Shown here: positions 26,224 to 38,160 of the stretch, piece by piece | Layout of the letters: the number at the start of each line of letters is the position of its first letter | How positions within the stretch are numbered: position 1 is the first letter of the stretch | From: Isurus oxyrinchus | Lineage: Eukaryota | DNA length: 64,000 nucleotides | Direction: 5' to 3' | Assembly: GCA_026770705.1 (NCBI GenBank) | Contig: JANJGN010000013.1 | Location: 121,148,001 to 121,212,000, forward strand | Program-made: the position numbers and the translations under genes | Notes under the pieces: generated by a model | Database searches by the model: none | Seen by the model: the letters and a program-made list of their open reading frames with translations, nothing else | What the model was told of the DNA's origin: nothing

Positions 26224-26634
26224 CTGTAGATCAAGCCGTATAAGTTGACTTGGCGAATAAAACAATCCCATTTTTCTGGCCCCAAAAACCATGTTTTTGT
26301 GTATACTTGGCATATAAGTCAACCCCCCTTTTCAGCCATGAAAAACTGTACTTGCATTAGAAGCCAGCCCCAGATTTTCACACCACAAATGCATGTTTTA
26401 CTTACTGCTACCTTATAATTGGGTGCAAGGGATTAAGTAGGCAATACGGGCTATGTTGTGAAGATGCACAGGAATTTAAGACACCCCCAGTCCTTTGCGT
26501 CAGATGCTGATGACATTTCAAAATGGTGACCACTCATGCCAGCAGTTCACTTTTACACTCTGTATAACTGGACCCCTATTTTTGAAGGAATTTTTCGGTG
26601 CTTCAAATGTCAATTTATATGCTGACATCTATGG
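26224..26634. mobile_element. Tc1/mariner-superfamily (Tc2-like) MITE
   Basis: Imperfect TIRs ctgtagatcaagccgtataagttgac / gtcaatttatatgctgacatctatgg, flanked by TA on both sides. Confidence 0.65.
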
Positions 26635-27984
26635 TAGATTGAAATGAAACAAAAAGGAGGCTTATGATGATAAATGTCAGGTTCATTATATAGTAGAGAA
26701 TCAAGGAGAATATACTGTGCAGAGGAGAACTGAGAGGGCTTGGTTGAGATACTAAATGAGTACTTTGCATCGGTCTTCACCAGAGAAGAGTTTACTGGCA
26801 ATGTCATAGTAAAGGAGGTGATAGTAGAGATATGTCACAGAATTGTTGAACTGACAGAATGAAATAGATCAAGAGCAGGTACTTCAAAGGTTCACAGCCC
26901 TCAAAGTAGAAAAGTCCCCATGCGATCCTAGGTGGTTGATCAAAACAAAGATGGAAATTAAAGAGGCTCTGGTCACAATCTTCCAATTTGAGGATGGTGT
27001 CAGAGAACTGGAGGATTGCCAATGTTACACTCCTACACTCTTATTCAGAAAAGTGCAAGGGAGATAAACCTGACAAATAAATACCAGTAGGTATAGCATT
27101 AATGGTGGGGACACTTCTAGCGACATTAATCTGGGAAAACATTAATAACAAGTAGAAGTTAAGTTATGTTTTGCTTATTAAAAATGGGACTACATTGGCC
27201 ACCCTCCAGTCCTCTGGCAAAAATCCACACTCAATAGAGTCTGAAATTTTATTTCTAGGGCTTCTGAAATTTCCTCCCTCTTTTCCCTTGGGATCCTTTA
27301 AATCTATCATTTAATGCTTTGGCACTTTGTCTTCCTTTAATTTATTTAAAATTTTCCTTTTATCCATCACAACATCACTTATCTTATTCTCAAACATGTC
27401 AGGATTCACCTCCTCTCTGATATCCTTCTCTTCAGTAAAGAAGACTGATACAAAGTATTTGTTAAATATTGTAATAACCATTTTCTGATCATCTGCAATT
27501 TGACAATACTCTCCTCTCAGGTCCACGTCTCACTTTTAACAATTCTCTTTTTATTGAAATTCATGTAAAATACTTATTGTATTGTTCCTTCTAATGTTTT
27601 GAATTTGTTTTCTTCATCTTTCTTTGGTTTCCTTATCCCACTCTTAAACCCTTCTATTCTCTCATTCTCCTTTTTTCATTATTTTTATAGTCCTCGTTGG
27701 CCCTTTTCTTCAATTTTAATTAGTTTCTAATCTCTTTGTTTATCCATTATATCCTAAAACTATTAGCGCTTTATCTTTTTAATGGAATAGACTAATTCAG
27801 TACTATTGCATTTTATTCAAAAAACATTGTGTTGCTTTACAGTCCAATGTACCAATTTTGCTTTCCACCTCACCTCAGCTAGCTCACCTTGCATCTTTCT
27901 AAGATTTGCTGTATTCTAATCTGATCTTCTAGTTTTTGTACTAAAATTTTTCCTTTCCAGTTGGTTCTTAAAACTTATTTTGTG

Positions 27985-29230
27985 GTCACAGCTTTCAAGC
28001 AGCTCACTTAGATTTATTTCCTTCATCCCATTCACCTTTAAAATGGAACAGTCAAATGGACTCCCTTTCCTAGACCTGCTAGTTGAGAAATCTGCCAGGG
28101 GGTTCTCTACCATGGTGTACCACAAGCCTACCTTTATTGGTCAATACATGCGTTGGGATTCTTACAGTTCCACTCACTGTAAGATAGGCTTTAAAGGCCA
28201 CCTCATAAATTGGGCCCAAGCCATTTGCTCACCATGCAAGCTTGATGCATCAGAGACATCCTGTGGGATAATGGCTACCCTGATCAGACCATTTCATGCT
28301 GTATATCATGCAGACTCATGAACAAGCCTAAGGTCATCACTTTCGGCCCTGAAAAGTGCCCATTCTACCTCATTACCCTGGAAGGGCAAGGTATCTCAAA
28401 AATTTGAGCAATCGGTGAAGCTAGCTGTTTCATGCTGCTACTATGTAGTAGCAACATGTGTGATATTCGCCACTAACAGGATGCTGCTGTCAAGCCAAAA
28501 AGACGTTCTGCCGATCTCACAAATGAGTAATGTGGTATATGAATTTCAGTGCAAGTGTGATGCTAGGTATGTAGGCCATACGTCCCAAAGGCTGGCGGAT
28601 TGTATCAGACAGCATGTTCACATGCTGTTTGCAACAGGCAAGGTATAGATTGTACCTAACCAGTCCATGCTTGCAAAACTCAAAACACATTGTCCAACAT
28701 TAGATGTGATTCCGCAATTGGACAGCATTTGCTAAGTAATCCTCAGTATGCTAACAATTACAATGACAACCAATTTAAGATTGTCAGTTAGGCTCGCAGT
28801 GTGGCGCATTTGCATGTACTGGAAGCTACAAATATTAATACACAGGGCCCTGTTCTTTGCAGACAGAAAGAACATGTATACACATTGTGCCTGTTTCAGC
28901 TAAACAAAATAAGTGACGACCATTCGCTGGTTAATTCCTCAGGGCAATGCCTTGACCAATCAGAGTCAAACTGCCTGGTTTAAATTTCAAACAATGCTTG
29001 GCAGTTAACTGTCAGTCACCATTAACTGGTACATTTCCTTGGCAATGCCTCTACCAATCAGAGTCCACTTGCCAACCAATCAGCACTCTCTTCTCATACA
29101 GTACAAAGTTTTGCTTCCCCGACATTAGTATTCTTGCGATTGTCCTGATGAGTGCAAGACGAAAAGCTTCCACAAAATGTTTTTTTTCAGCAATATTCAT
29201 GTTCTGTACTACCAAACGACTATTTGTACA
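27985..29230 (+). mobile_element. Penelope-like element (second family), 3' part, decayed
   Basis: RT C-terminus FTFKMEQSNGLPFLDLLVEK...VYHKPT and GIY-YIG SNVVYEFQCKCDARYVGHTSQRLAD. Hammerhead in the 3' region. Lies within an antisense CR1. Confidence 0.85.
29140..29175 (+). ncRNA. Minimal hammerhead ribozyme motif (PLE-associated, canonical core)
   Basis: ttgtc CTGATGA gt-gcaag-ac GAAA agcttc cacaa. Palindromic AAGCTT stem III; stem I has one mismatch. Confidence 0.7.
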
Positions 29231-29569
29231 ATAATTCTTTTGTTATACCAACTCATCCCGCTAATCATACTGCATTTCTTTCATATCCTTCCCATAGTTT
29301 TGAGATGTGCAGTATAACTTTACTAATATGTTAAGCCTTTTGATTTATCTTTGAGCAGCAACCATATTGACTTTACCTGTAGCTTTTCCTTGTCTTTTGA
29401 CTCTCTATAGCGTGTATTCTCTCCTTTACCAATATTGTTACTCTGTTTCTTTTTTATCTTTCCTATCCCTCCTAGATGTATTATATGCACATTTTACATT
29501 CATGTCCAGTCTGTAGCCACATTTCTGTTAATTCTGCTAAGCCTAGATTTCCCTGTAAATAATCCTAGT

Positions 29570-29835
29570 TTCACCTATTAGCACGTATCTTAGCTAATGT
29601 CACCACTGTCAACACCTTTGTCCTTTTGTCTATGACATCTTTGGCAATCTCTTCTTTGCCTCTACCTATCACTGGCCCTCTATCCAGCTCTACTTGTCCC
29701 TCTCCCCCCTTAAACCAACTTATATTTCACCTCTCTTCTATTTGTCCTTAGTTCTGTTGAAGAATCATACGGACTTGAAATGCAGATGCTGTCAGACCTG
29801 CTGAGTTTTTCCAGGTATTTTTATTTTTGCTTTTA
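29570..29835 (+). mobile_element. PLE 3' tail related to the 33141-36318 family
   Basis: ccttaaaccaacttatatttc...agttctgttgaagaatcatacggacttgaaa...gacctgctgagtttttccaggta. Confidence 0.75.
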
Positions 29836-30579
29836 TTTTCTTTGGCTCCCTCCTCTGCCTCATCTACATGCAACATCATCTTTGTACATGTGGCCAGTTT
29901 CCAATTTTACTCTGACAGGTCCCAGTTCTACTTCTCCACCGTCTCTCTTGACCCCTCCACTGTTTGTGTTGTCAAAAGGCTTGTTCGACATTCAGTCTTA
30001 GATGCGCAGCAATTTCCTCTAGCTAAATATTGTATTGGAAAGACAGAAAGAAACCATCAGCTTTGGCTCCACCACAAACTCCATATCCTTGTCCATGATT
30101 TCATTTCCCTCCCTGAGCCAAATTACTTCCAGTTTCAATATTTGATTTTGATGCCAAGTTTTATTCTGACCCATATCCTCGTCATCATGAGAACAACCTC
30201 CTTCCAGCTCCATAATGTTGCCTGCCTCCAATCCTACCACAGCTCATCTATTCCTGAAGCTGTCATGCATGTATCTGTCACCTTCAGACTTGACTATTCC
30301 AGAAAGGGTAGTTGAATTTAGGGCACTGAACCTCATAAACAGTTAAGTTTTATAATGAGAAAATGGCAGGGTTGGAATTGAATGGAACAAAAGGCCTTCT
30401 TAATTTAAATTGTGAATTAATATAGAATGGGGGAAAAATGAGCCAAATTTCCCTTGAACAGTCATAAAAGGAGCTGGAGGACATTCCATTTTCAATTACT
30501 AAAGGCATTTTTACTGATCTTAATGCAGCTTTCTCACACTTGGAATAGGTAATTCTCCTGATGTTGTCAGCACACAATA

Positions 30580-31300
30580 TTGGAACAAAAAAGTATGAAG
30601 TGATGCATTTTGGTCAGATAAATAAAGATAATCAACATAAATGAAAGGAAGTGTAGGAGTGGAGAGACCTGAGGCTGAATGTATACACATTTATGAAGGT
30701 GGCAGGACAAGTTTAGAAGGCTTTTTTGGAAAAAAAGGATCAGGATTACAGTACAAAAACATGGAAGTTATGCTAAATATTTATAAGACACTGGATAGGG
30801 CCCAGTTGGTGTAGTGTGTTAAATCTGGGCACTGCACTTTAAGAAAACTTTTAAAGCCTTAGAGAAGGAGCAGAGGAGATTTACTAAAATGGTACTTGTG
30901 GTGAGGGAGTTCAGTTACATGGAGAAGCAAGAAACGTGAGGGTTGATCAGAGAAGGTTAATTGAAGATTTGTTAGAGGTGTTCGACGTCAAGGTTTTGAC
31001 AGAATAAATCAGAGAAACTGTTTCCAGTGGCAGAAAGGTCAGGAACAAGAGGACACTGATTTATAGTAATCAGCAAAAAAAACAGGTAATATGAGAATTT
31101 TTTTATGCCTGTTATGATTTGGAATGCACTGTCTAAAAGGGCGATGGAAACAGATTCAATAATAACTTTCAAAAAGGTATTGGACAGATGTGTGAAGGGG
31201 AAAGGAATGGGACTAAATGAATAATTCTTTCAAAAAGCAGGCATGATGGACTGAATGACCCCCTTCTGTCCTGTAACATTCTGTGATTCAGTGATTCTGT
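30580..31300 (+). mobile_element. CR1 3' fragment
   Basis: EVMHFG, LNIYKTL.R and WNAL motifs, with a (attctgtg)n-like tail at ~31280-31300. Confidence 0.75.
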
Positions 31301-32007
31301 ATGTTCATAAAAAAATTGAATCTTTTCTGGTTTGTATTTTTTCTCATTCATCAATTATTTTAGATACCTTTTCTTTTAAAGCAAATATGATATTGGGTGA
31401 TGGAAGGTAGGAGAGAGTGCTGTGCATTAACTTTTAGAATACAAGGTGGTCTCTGCAAGTGAATGCATACTCGGGGACCCAGTCCAGTGGCGACGGGTGT
31501 TTCCCCATTGGGAAAAGCAAAGTAGCGCTATCCACTGCTTTTTAAATAGAAAGGGATTGACAGAGACCTCACAGGAAATCACCTGTTTGTCTCTTTAGCT
31601 GGATAGTGGCTTATGAAGCAAGGAGGAAAGGAAAATGGAATATAAGTAGCCTTCTTGAGAAAAATAACACATATCTGAATAATTTCCACCCCTTTTAACT
31701 AAATGGGGAGTCAGTTGATGAATATAGTTGTTAGGAGAAATATGGAATGCTGAAGGAATTGGAAGTTAATTTTCATATTTTTCAGGATACACTTATAATT
31801 CAATTCATTTTCAGCTTATTGGAAGTCATTCTAATTTCCTGTTGTGTTTGCTTAAAAGCCAAGGGGGACTTTCTAATCTGTTAAAACAAAGACATTTATT
31901 ATTTTGAAGACCTCAAAGTTTAAAACTTGCCTCATCGCTGTCCCATTCACTATTACTAACCCTAGGTTTGTTTTTTCCTCTCTGCTTTTGTTTTTCTTTA
32001 TTTTCAG

Positions 32008-32050
32008 AAAACCAGCATCTGCTACCTGTCCTTTCCAGATTCCTACTCGG
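32008..32050 (+). CDS. DENND6B: DENND6B coding exon 3
   Basis: Long pyrimidine tract ending ttttcag|, 43 nt encoding KTSICYLSFPDSYS+G, donor |gtaaga. Phase 0-1. Confidence 0.94.
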
Positions 32051-33140
32051 GTAAGAAATCTGCTCAAATGAGGTGTACTCTTTTCCTATTGACCTTTGTA
32101 GTAAGCTGTACTTGTGCAGATCATTCTATTCCACCCAGAAACATATTTAATCCTGAGATTTTTATTGCTGTTTATTACTATTCTCTTTTCAGAAGTCCTT
32201 GAATTTAAGGATTAGTTTGGGAAGAAAGCAGGAGATTGTATAAATCAGTGCAAGGAGGGTTTAAAACCAGCGCAAGCAAGAATTGCCCCGTTGTGGGCTA
32301 AACTTTCTTTTTTGTTTCTAGGTTTTCAGCATCAGCACCTCTTGCTCATAAATCTAGAAAATTCCCAGTTTGGCCTTTGAATGTCGATGATGCTGACAAG
32401 GCTGAATTTAATTGTGCATCTCTAGTTGCATTAAGAAGGTGCTGGTGGGCTGCCTTCTTGAACGGTTGTGATGCTTCCATAATTGTGTGGGATCAGGGAT
32501 TCAAGGATATTTACAAACATATGAATTTGGAGCAGGAGTAGATCATTTGGCTCCTCAAGCCTGCTTGGCCATTTGATAAAATCATGGCTGATCTGATTGT
32601 GGCCTCTACTTTCCTGTCTGTCCCCTATAACTTTTGACTCCCTTGTCAGTCAAGAATATATTTAACTCAACCTTAAAAATATTCAGTGAACCTGCCTCCT
32701 CTGCTCTGTGGGGAAGATCACAGACTAATGGCCCTCTGAGAAAAAGAATTTCACTTCAGCTCTGTCTTAAATCAGAGATCCCTTATTTTTAAAGGGTATC
32801 CTTTAATGCTAGTCTCCCTCATAAGGGGAAACATCCTTTCAGCATCCACCCTGTCAAGTCCTTTCAGGATCTTATATGTTTCAGTAAGATCACCTTTCAT
32901 TCCTCTAAATTTCCATGGATAGAAGCTCAACCTGTCCATCTTTTCCTCCTAAGACAACCCGTTCATCCCAGGAATCCAACTAGTGAACCTTTCCTGAACT
33001 GCTCCCGATGCATTTATATCTTTTAAGTAAGGTGAGCAAAACATTACACAGTACTCCAGATGTGGTGTCACACAGCTGTAGTAAAACTTCCCTACTTTTA
33101 TATTCCATTACCCTTGCAATAAACAATAACTTTCCATTTG

Positions 33141-36100
33141 ACAAGGTGTTTACTAAAACCCGCTTTCACAGCCATATCTCCTTTCTCAGTGACTGCCTCC
33201 GTCTCCGACTTACCCCACGTGGATTTCAACTGAAATTCCACCCCTCATCTTTCGAACCCACCCAGGATTACCGGTATCTCCGGGACATAAAACGTTTCTC
33301 AGACTGCTGTTCCCGTCACATTCTGAAATCCACACTCAGTGCCATGCGCCGCCATATGAACACACTCGACCTCTCCCTCCAGCAGCACCGCCGTACCCTT
33401 TTTCAAAGCTGCGCGTGCCCCCAGTTTCATTTTATCTTTCGGCTCATCCGACGCCTCAACAAGAAACTTTTTCTCTTTCTCTCAACTGCTAAGGAACGCA
33501 AGCTCCAACAACTCATCGACACCAACACCCATCTAGGACCCTCCACCCCAGCCTGTCCCTCCGTCCCCACCCCATCTTCCAATCCCAGCCCCAGCCGTGT
33601 ATTCACTATACCCCCTGACCTTCCCCTCTCCGATGCTGAACGTTCAGTGCTCAGCAAAGGACTTCGTTTCATACCCTTACGCCCTCATCTCAATGAATTT
33701 CGGGCTCGGCATGATGCTGAACTCTTCTTTCGCCGTCTTCGTCTCCGGGCTCACTTCTTTGGGCAGGAGTCCTCTCCCAGTTCAACAGATCCTTTTACCC
33801 ATCTCCAATATTCTCCCTCCACCTGGACCCCTCCCTCTGGATTCTTACCTTCTCTTGATCTTTTCATTGAGAACTGTCGGCGCGACATTAGTCGTCTCAA
33901 TTTCTCTGCTCCTCTCACCCATTCTAACCTGTCTCTCTCTGAACTTACTGCACTCCATTCTCTCAGGTCCAACCCTGACATTGTCATCAAACCCGCTGAC
34001 AAGGGTGGTGCTGTTGTTGTCTGGCGCACTGACCTCTACCTCGCGGAGGCTGAGCGTCAACTCGCAGACACTTCCTCCTACCTCTCCCTGGACCATGACC
34101 CTACCACTGAACATCAAGCCATTGTTTCCAGGACTGTCACTAACCTCATCTCCTCTGGGGATCTCCCTCCCACAGCTTCCAACCTGATAGTCGCCCAACC
34201 TCGGACGGCCCGCTTCTATCTCCTACCCAAAATCCACAAACAGAACTGCCCTGGTAGACCGATCGTCTCAGCTTGCTCCTGCCCCACAGAACTCATTTCT
34301 CGTTATCTTGACTCCCTTCTCTCTCCCCTTGTCCAGTCCCTTCCCACCTACATCCGTGATTCCTCTGACACCTTACGTCACATCAACAATTTCCAGTTCC
34401 CTGGCTCCAACCGCTTCCTCTTCACCATGGACGTCCAATCCCTCTACACCTCCATCCCCCACCAGGATGGTCTGAGGGCCCTTAGCTTCTTCCTCGAACA
34501 GAGGCCCGAACAATCCCCATCCACCACTACTCTCCTCCGTCTGGCTGAACTTGTTCTCACGTTGAACAATTTCTCCTTCAACTCCTCTCACTTCCTCCAA
34601 ATAAAAGGTGTGGCTATGGGTACCCTCATGGGCCCCAGCTATGCCTGTCTCTTTATGGGATATGTGGAACATTCCTTGTTGCAGTCCTACCCCGGCCCCC
34701 TTCCACAACTTTTTCTCCGGTACATCGATGATTACTTCGGTGCTGCTTCATGCTCTCGTCGGGACTTGGAAAAATTTATTAATTTTGCTTCCAATCTCCA
34801 CCCCTCCATCATTTTCACGTGGTCCATCTCTGACACTTCCCTTCCCTTCCTTGACCTCTCTGTCTCAATTTCTGGTGATAGACTGTCCACCAATATCCAC
34901 TACAAACCCACCGACTCCCACAGCTACATCGACTATAGCTCCTCACACCCCGCTTCCTGTAAGGACTCCATCCCATTCTCCCAGTTCCTTCGCCTTCGTC
35001 GCATCTGTTCCGATGATGCTACCTTCAAAAACGGTTCCTCTGACATGTCCTCCTTCTTCCTTAACCGAGGTTTTCCACCACGGTCGTTGACAGGGCCCTC
35101 AACCGTGTCCGGCCCATCTCCCGCGCATCCGCCCTCACGCCTTCTCCTCCCTCCCAGAAACATGATAGGGTCCCCCTTGTCCTCACTTATCACCCCACCA
35201 GCCTCCGCATTCAAAGGATCATCCTCCGCCATTTCCGCCAACTCCAGCATGATGCCACCACCAAACACATCTTCCCTTCACCCCCCTTATCGGCATTCTG
35301 TAGGGATCGCTCCCTCCGGGACACCCTGGTCCACTCCTCCATCACCCCCTACTCCTCAACCCCCTCCTATGGCACCACCCCATGCCCACGCAAAAGATGT
35401 AACACTTGCCCCTTCACTTCCTCTCTCCTCACCGTCCAAGGGCCCAAACATTCCTTTCAAGTGAAGCAGCATTTCACTTGCATTTCCCTCAACTTAGTCT
35501 ACTGTATTCGTTGCTCCCAATGTGGTCTCCTCTACATTGGAGAGACCAAACGTAAACTGGGCGACCGCTTTGCAGAACACCTGCGGTCTGTCCGCAAGAA
35601 TGACCCAAACCTCCCTGTCGCTTGCCATTTTAACACTCCACCCTGCTCTCTTGCCCACATGTCTGTCCTTGGCTTGCTGCATTGTTCCAGTGAAGCCCAA
35701 CGCAAACTGGAGGAACAACACCTCATCTTCCGACTAGGCACCTTACAGCCTTCCAGTCTGAATATTGAATTCAATAACTTTAGGTCGTGAGCTCCCTCCC
35801 CCATCCCCACCCCCTTTCTGTTTCCCCCTTTTTTCCCCCTTTTTTTTCCCTATAAATTTTATAGATTTTTCTTTTCCCACCTATTTCCATTATTTTTAAA
35901 GATTTTAAAATCTTTTATGCTCCCCCCACCCCCACTAGAGCTGTACCTTGAGTGCCCTACCATCTATTCTTAATTAGCACATTCGTTTAGATAATATCAC
36001 CAACTTTAACTTTAACACCTATGTGTTCTTTTGCACCATTGTCACTGACATCTTTTGATGATCTGCTTCTATCACTGCTTGTTTGTCTACACAAGCACCT

Positions 36101-36318
36101 CTGTCTCTCTCTCTCTCTCCTCCCCCCCCACACACACACCTTAAACCAGCTTATATTTCAACTCTTTCTTGGACTCGAAATCAAGTTCTGTCGAAGGGTC
36201 ATGAGGACTCGAAACGTCAACTCTTTTCTTCTCCGCCGATGCTGCCAGACCTGCTGAGTTTTTCCAGGTAATTCTGTTTTTGTTTTGGATTTCCAGCATC
36301 CGCAGTTTTCTTTGTTTT
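33141..36318 (+). mobile_element. Young 5'-truncated Penelope-like retroelement (Neptune-type): RT plus GIY-YIG endonuclease
   Basis: RT motifs KPADKG, YLLPKIHK, MDVQSLYTSI, GVAMG, RYIDD. Cys linker CPRKRCNTC. GIY-YIG LVYCIRCSQCGLLYIGETKR. One 1-bp frameshift at ~35078. Flanked by caataactttccat(t/a)tg at 33124-33140 and 36319-36335. Confidence 0.95.
36184..36222 (+). ncRNA. Minimal hammerhead ribozyme motif with variant core
   Basis: AGTT CTGTCGA A GGGTC-atgag-GACTC GAAAC GTC AACT: stem I, core, stem II, palindromic ACGT stem III, GUC cleavage triplet. Confidence 0.7.
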
Positions 36319-38160
36319 CAATAACTTTCCATATGCTGTCCTAATCACTTATTGTACCTGCATGCTAACTTTTTATAATTCATGTACCAGGACACCCAGA
36401 TTCCTCTGTACCACAGAGTTCTACAATCCCTCTCCATTTAAATAATATTGCTTTTCTATTCTTCCTGCCAAACTGGACAAGTTCACATTTTCCTACATTA
36501 TACTCCATCTCCAAATTTTTGCCCACGGTTGGGAGGGACTTGTCAGCCTTCAGTGTTAATAATTTTCTTTGTATCCTTTTCCAGGTGATTATAATTGGTT
36601 TCAGTACCTCTTTTCCTTTCAATTCTTTATTTACAATTATTTCTGGGATGTTATTTATGTCTTCCAAAGCGAGGACAGACACTAAATACCTGTTCAATAC
36701 ACCTGCCACTTCCTTATTTTCCATTATTAATTTGCCAGACACTCTCTCTCTAGAGGACCAATACTCATTTTGGTTACTCTTTTCCTTTTTAAATACTCTT
36801 GCCATTATTTTTTTTATATTTCTAGCTAGCTTTCTGTCATACTTAATTTCTCCTGCCTTGTTATGTTTTTAGTCATTCTTTGCTGGCTTTTATGTTCTAT
36901 CCAATCTTTTGACTTGCCACTATCTTGGAATTGTATGCTTTTTCTTTCAGTTTGATACTATCTTTAACTTCCCTAGTTAGCCACAAATGATGCATCCTTC
37001 TCCTAGAGTCTTTCTTTCTCACTGAAACATATTTTTGCTGAGTGTTATGAAATACCTCTTTAAACATCTTCCACTGCATTTCTACTGACCTGCCCTTTAA
37101 CCTAATTTCCCAGTTCACTTTAGTCAGCTCTGTCTTCATAACCTTATAATTGCCTTTATTTAAGATTAAAACACTAGTCTTAGACCCACTGTCTCTCAAA
37201 CTGAATGCGAAATTCCATCATGTTATGATCACTGCCACCTAGGGGCTCCTTTACTATGAGGTAATTAATTAATCCTGTCTCATTGCACATTACCAGGTCT
37301 TGAATAACCAGCTCTCTTGTTGGCTCGAGAATGTGCCCCTCTAAGAAACTGTCCTGAAAACATTCTGAACTCACCTTCCAGGTTATCTTTGCCAATCTGA
37401 TTTATCCAATTTATATGTCGATTACCCATGATTATCGTCATAGCTTTCGCACAAGCTCCCATTATTTCTTACTGTATAACCCATCTTAGAGTGTAGTTAC
37501 TGTTAGGGGACCAAAAACTACTTCCACAAGTGACTCCTTACCTTTGCTATTTCTTAACTCTACCCAAACTGATTCTACATCTTGATCTTTAGAACAATGT
37601 TTATCTCTCACTACTGTACTAATGTCACCCTTAATTAACAGGGCTACCCCATCACCTTTTCGTGGCTTTCTGTCCTTCAGAAATATCATGCAGCTTTGAA
37701 CATTCAAGTCCCAGCCATGTCTCTGTAATGGCTGTCAGATCATAGATATTTATTTCTATTTCAGCTGACAATTTGTCCATTTTGTTATGAATGCTATACG
37801 TTCAGATACAGAGCCTTTAGTTCTGTCTTTTTAATGTTTTTAAACCTGGCCTTATCTGCTGGTGCATCCTTAAGTTTGTACTCTCTGACTTTTCCTGCCA
37901 CGCTCTGACTATCATTACTCTTCTTGCTTCCTTGTTCCCTTACCTTGTCCTCTCCTTTTATCATCCCTCACTTGATCTCTCACCTCCACTATTTAGTTTA
38001 AAGCCCTCTCTACCTCCCTGGTTATACAACTTGCCAGAACATTGGTCCCAGTACGCCTTAGCCCTAATGGTACAGCTCCCACTTTCCCCAGTTCTAGTGC
38101 CAGTGCCCCATGAATTGAAACCCATTTAACCCACATCAATCTGCTTGTGGCTCAGGTAAT

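Larger units (their letters stand above)
23270..27150 (+). mobile_element. Old CR1 LINE hosting nested elements
   Basis: CR1 EN motifs at 23290-23570 resume at 26050-26220. Later ORF2 motifs (LNEYFASVFT, WRIANVT) occur at 26740-27130. Confidence 0.7.

Noticed and set aside
33008-33140. N-terminus of the 818-aa ORF as a real PLE start or a chimeric gene
   Set aside because: It lies outside the element boundary and is antisense CR1 that happens to be open. The Pro-rich C-terminus after ~35080 is an out-of-frame artefact of the frameshift.
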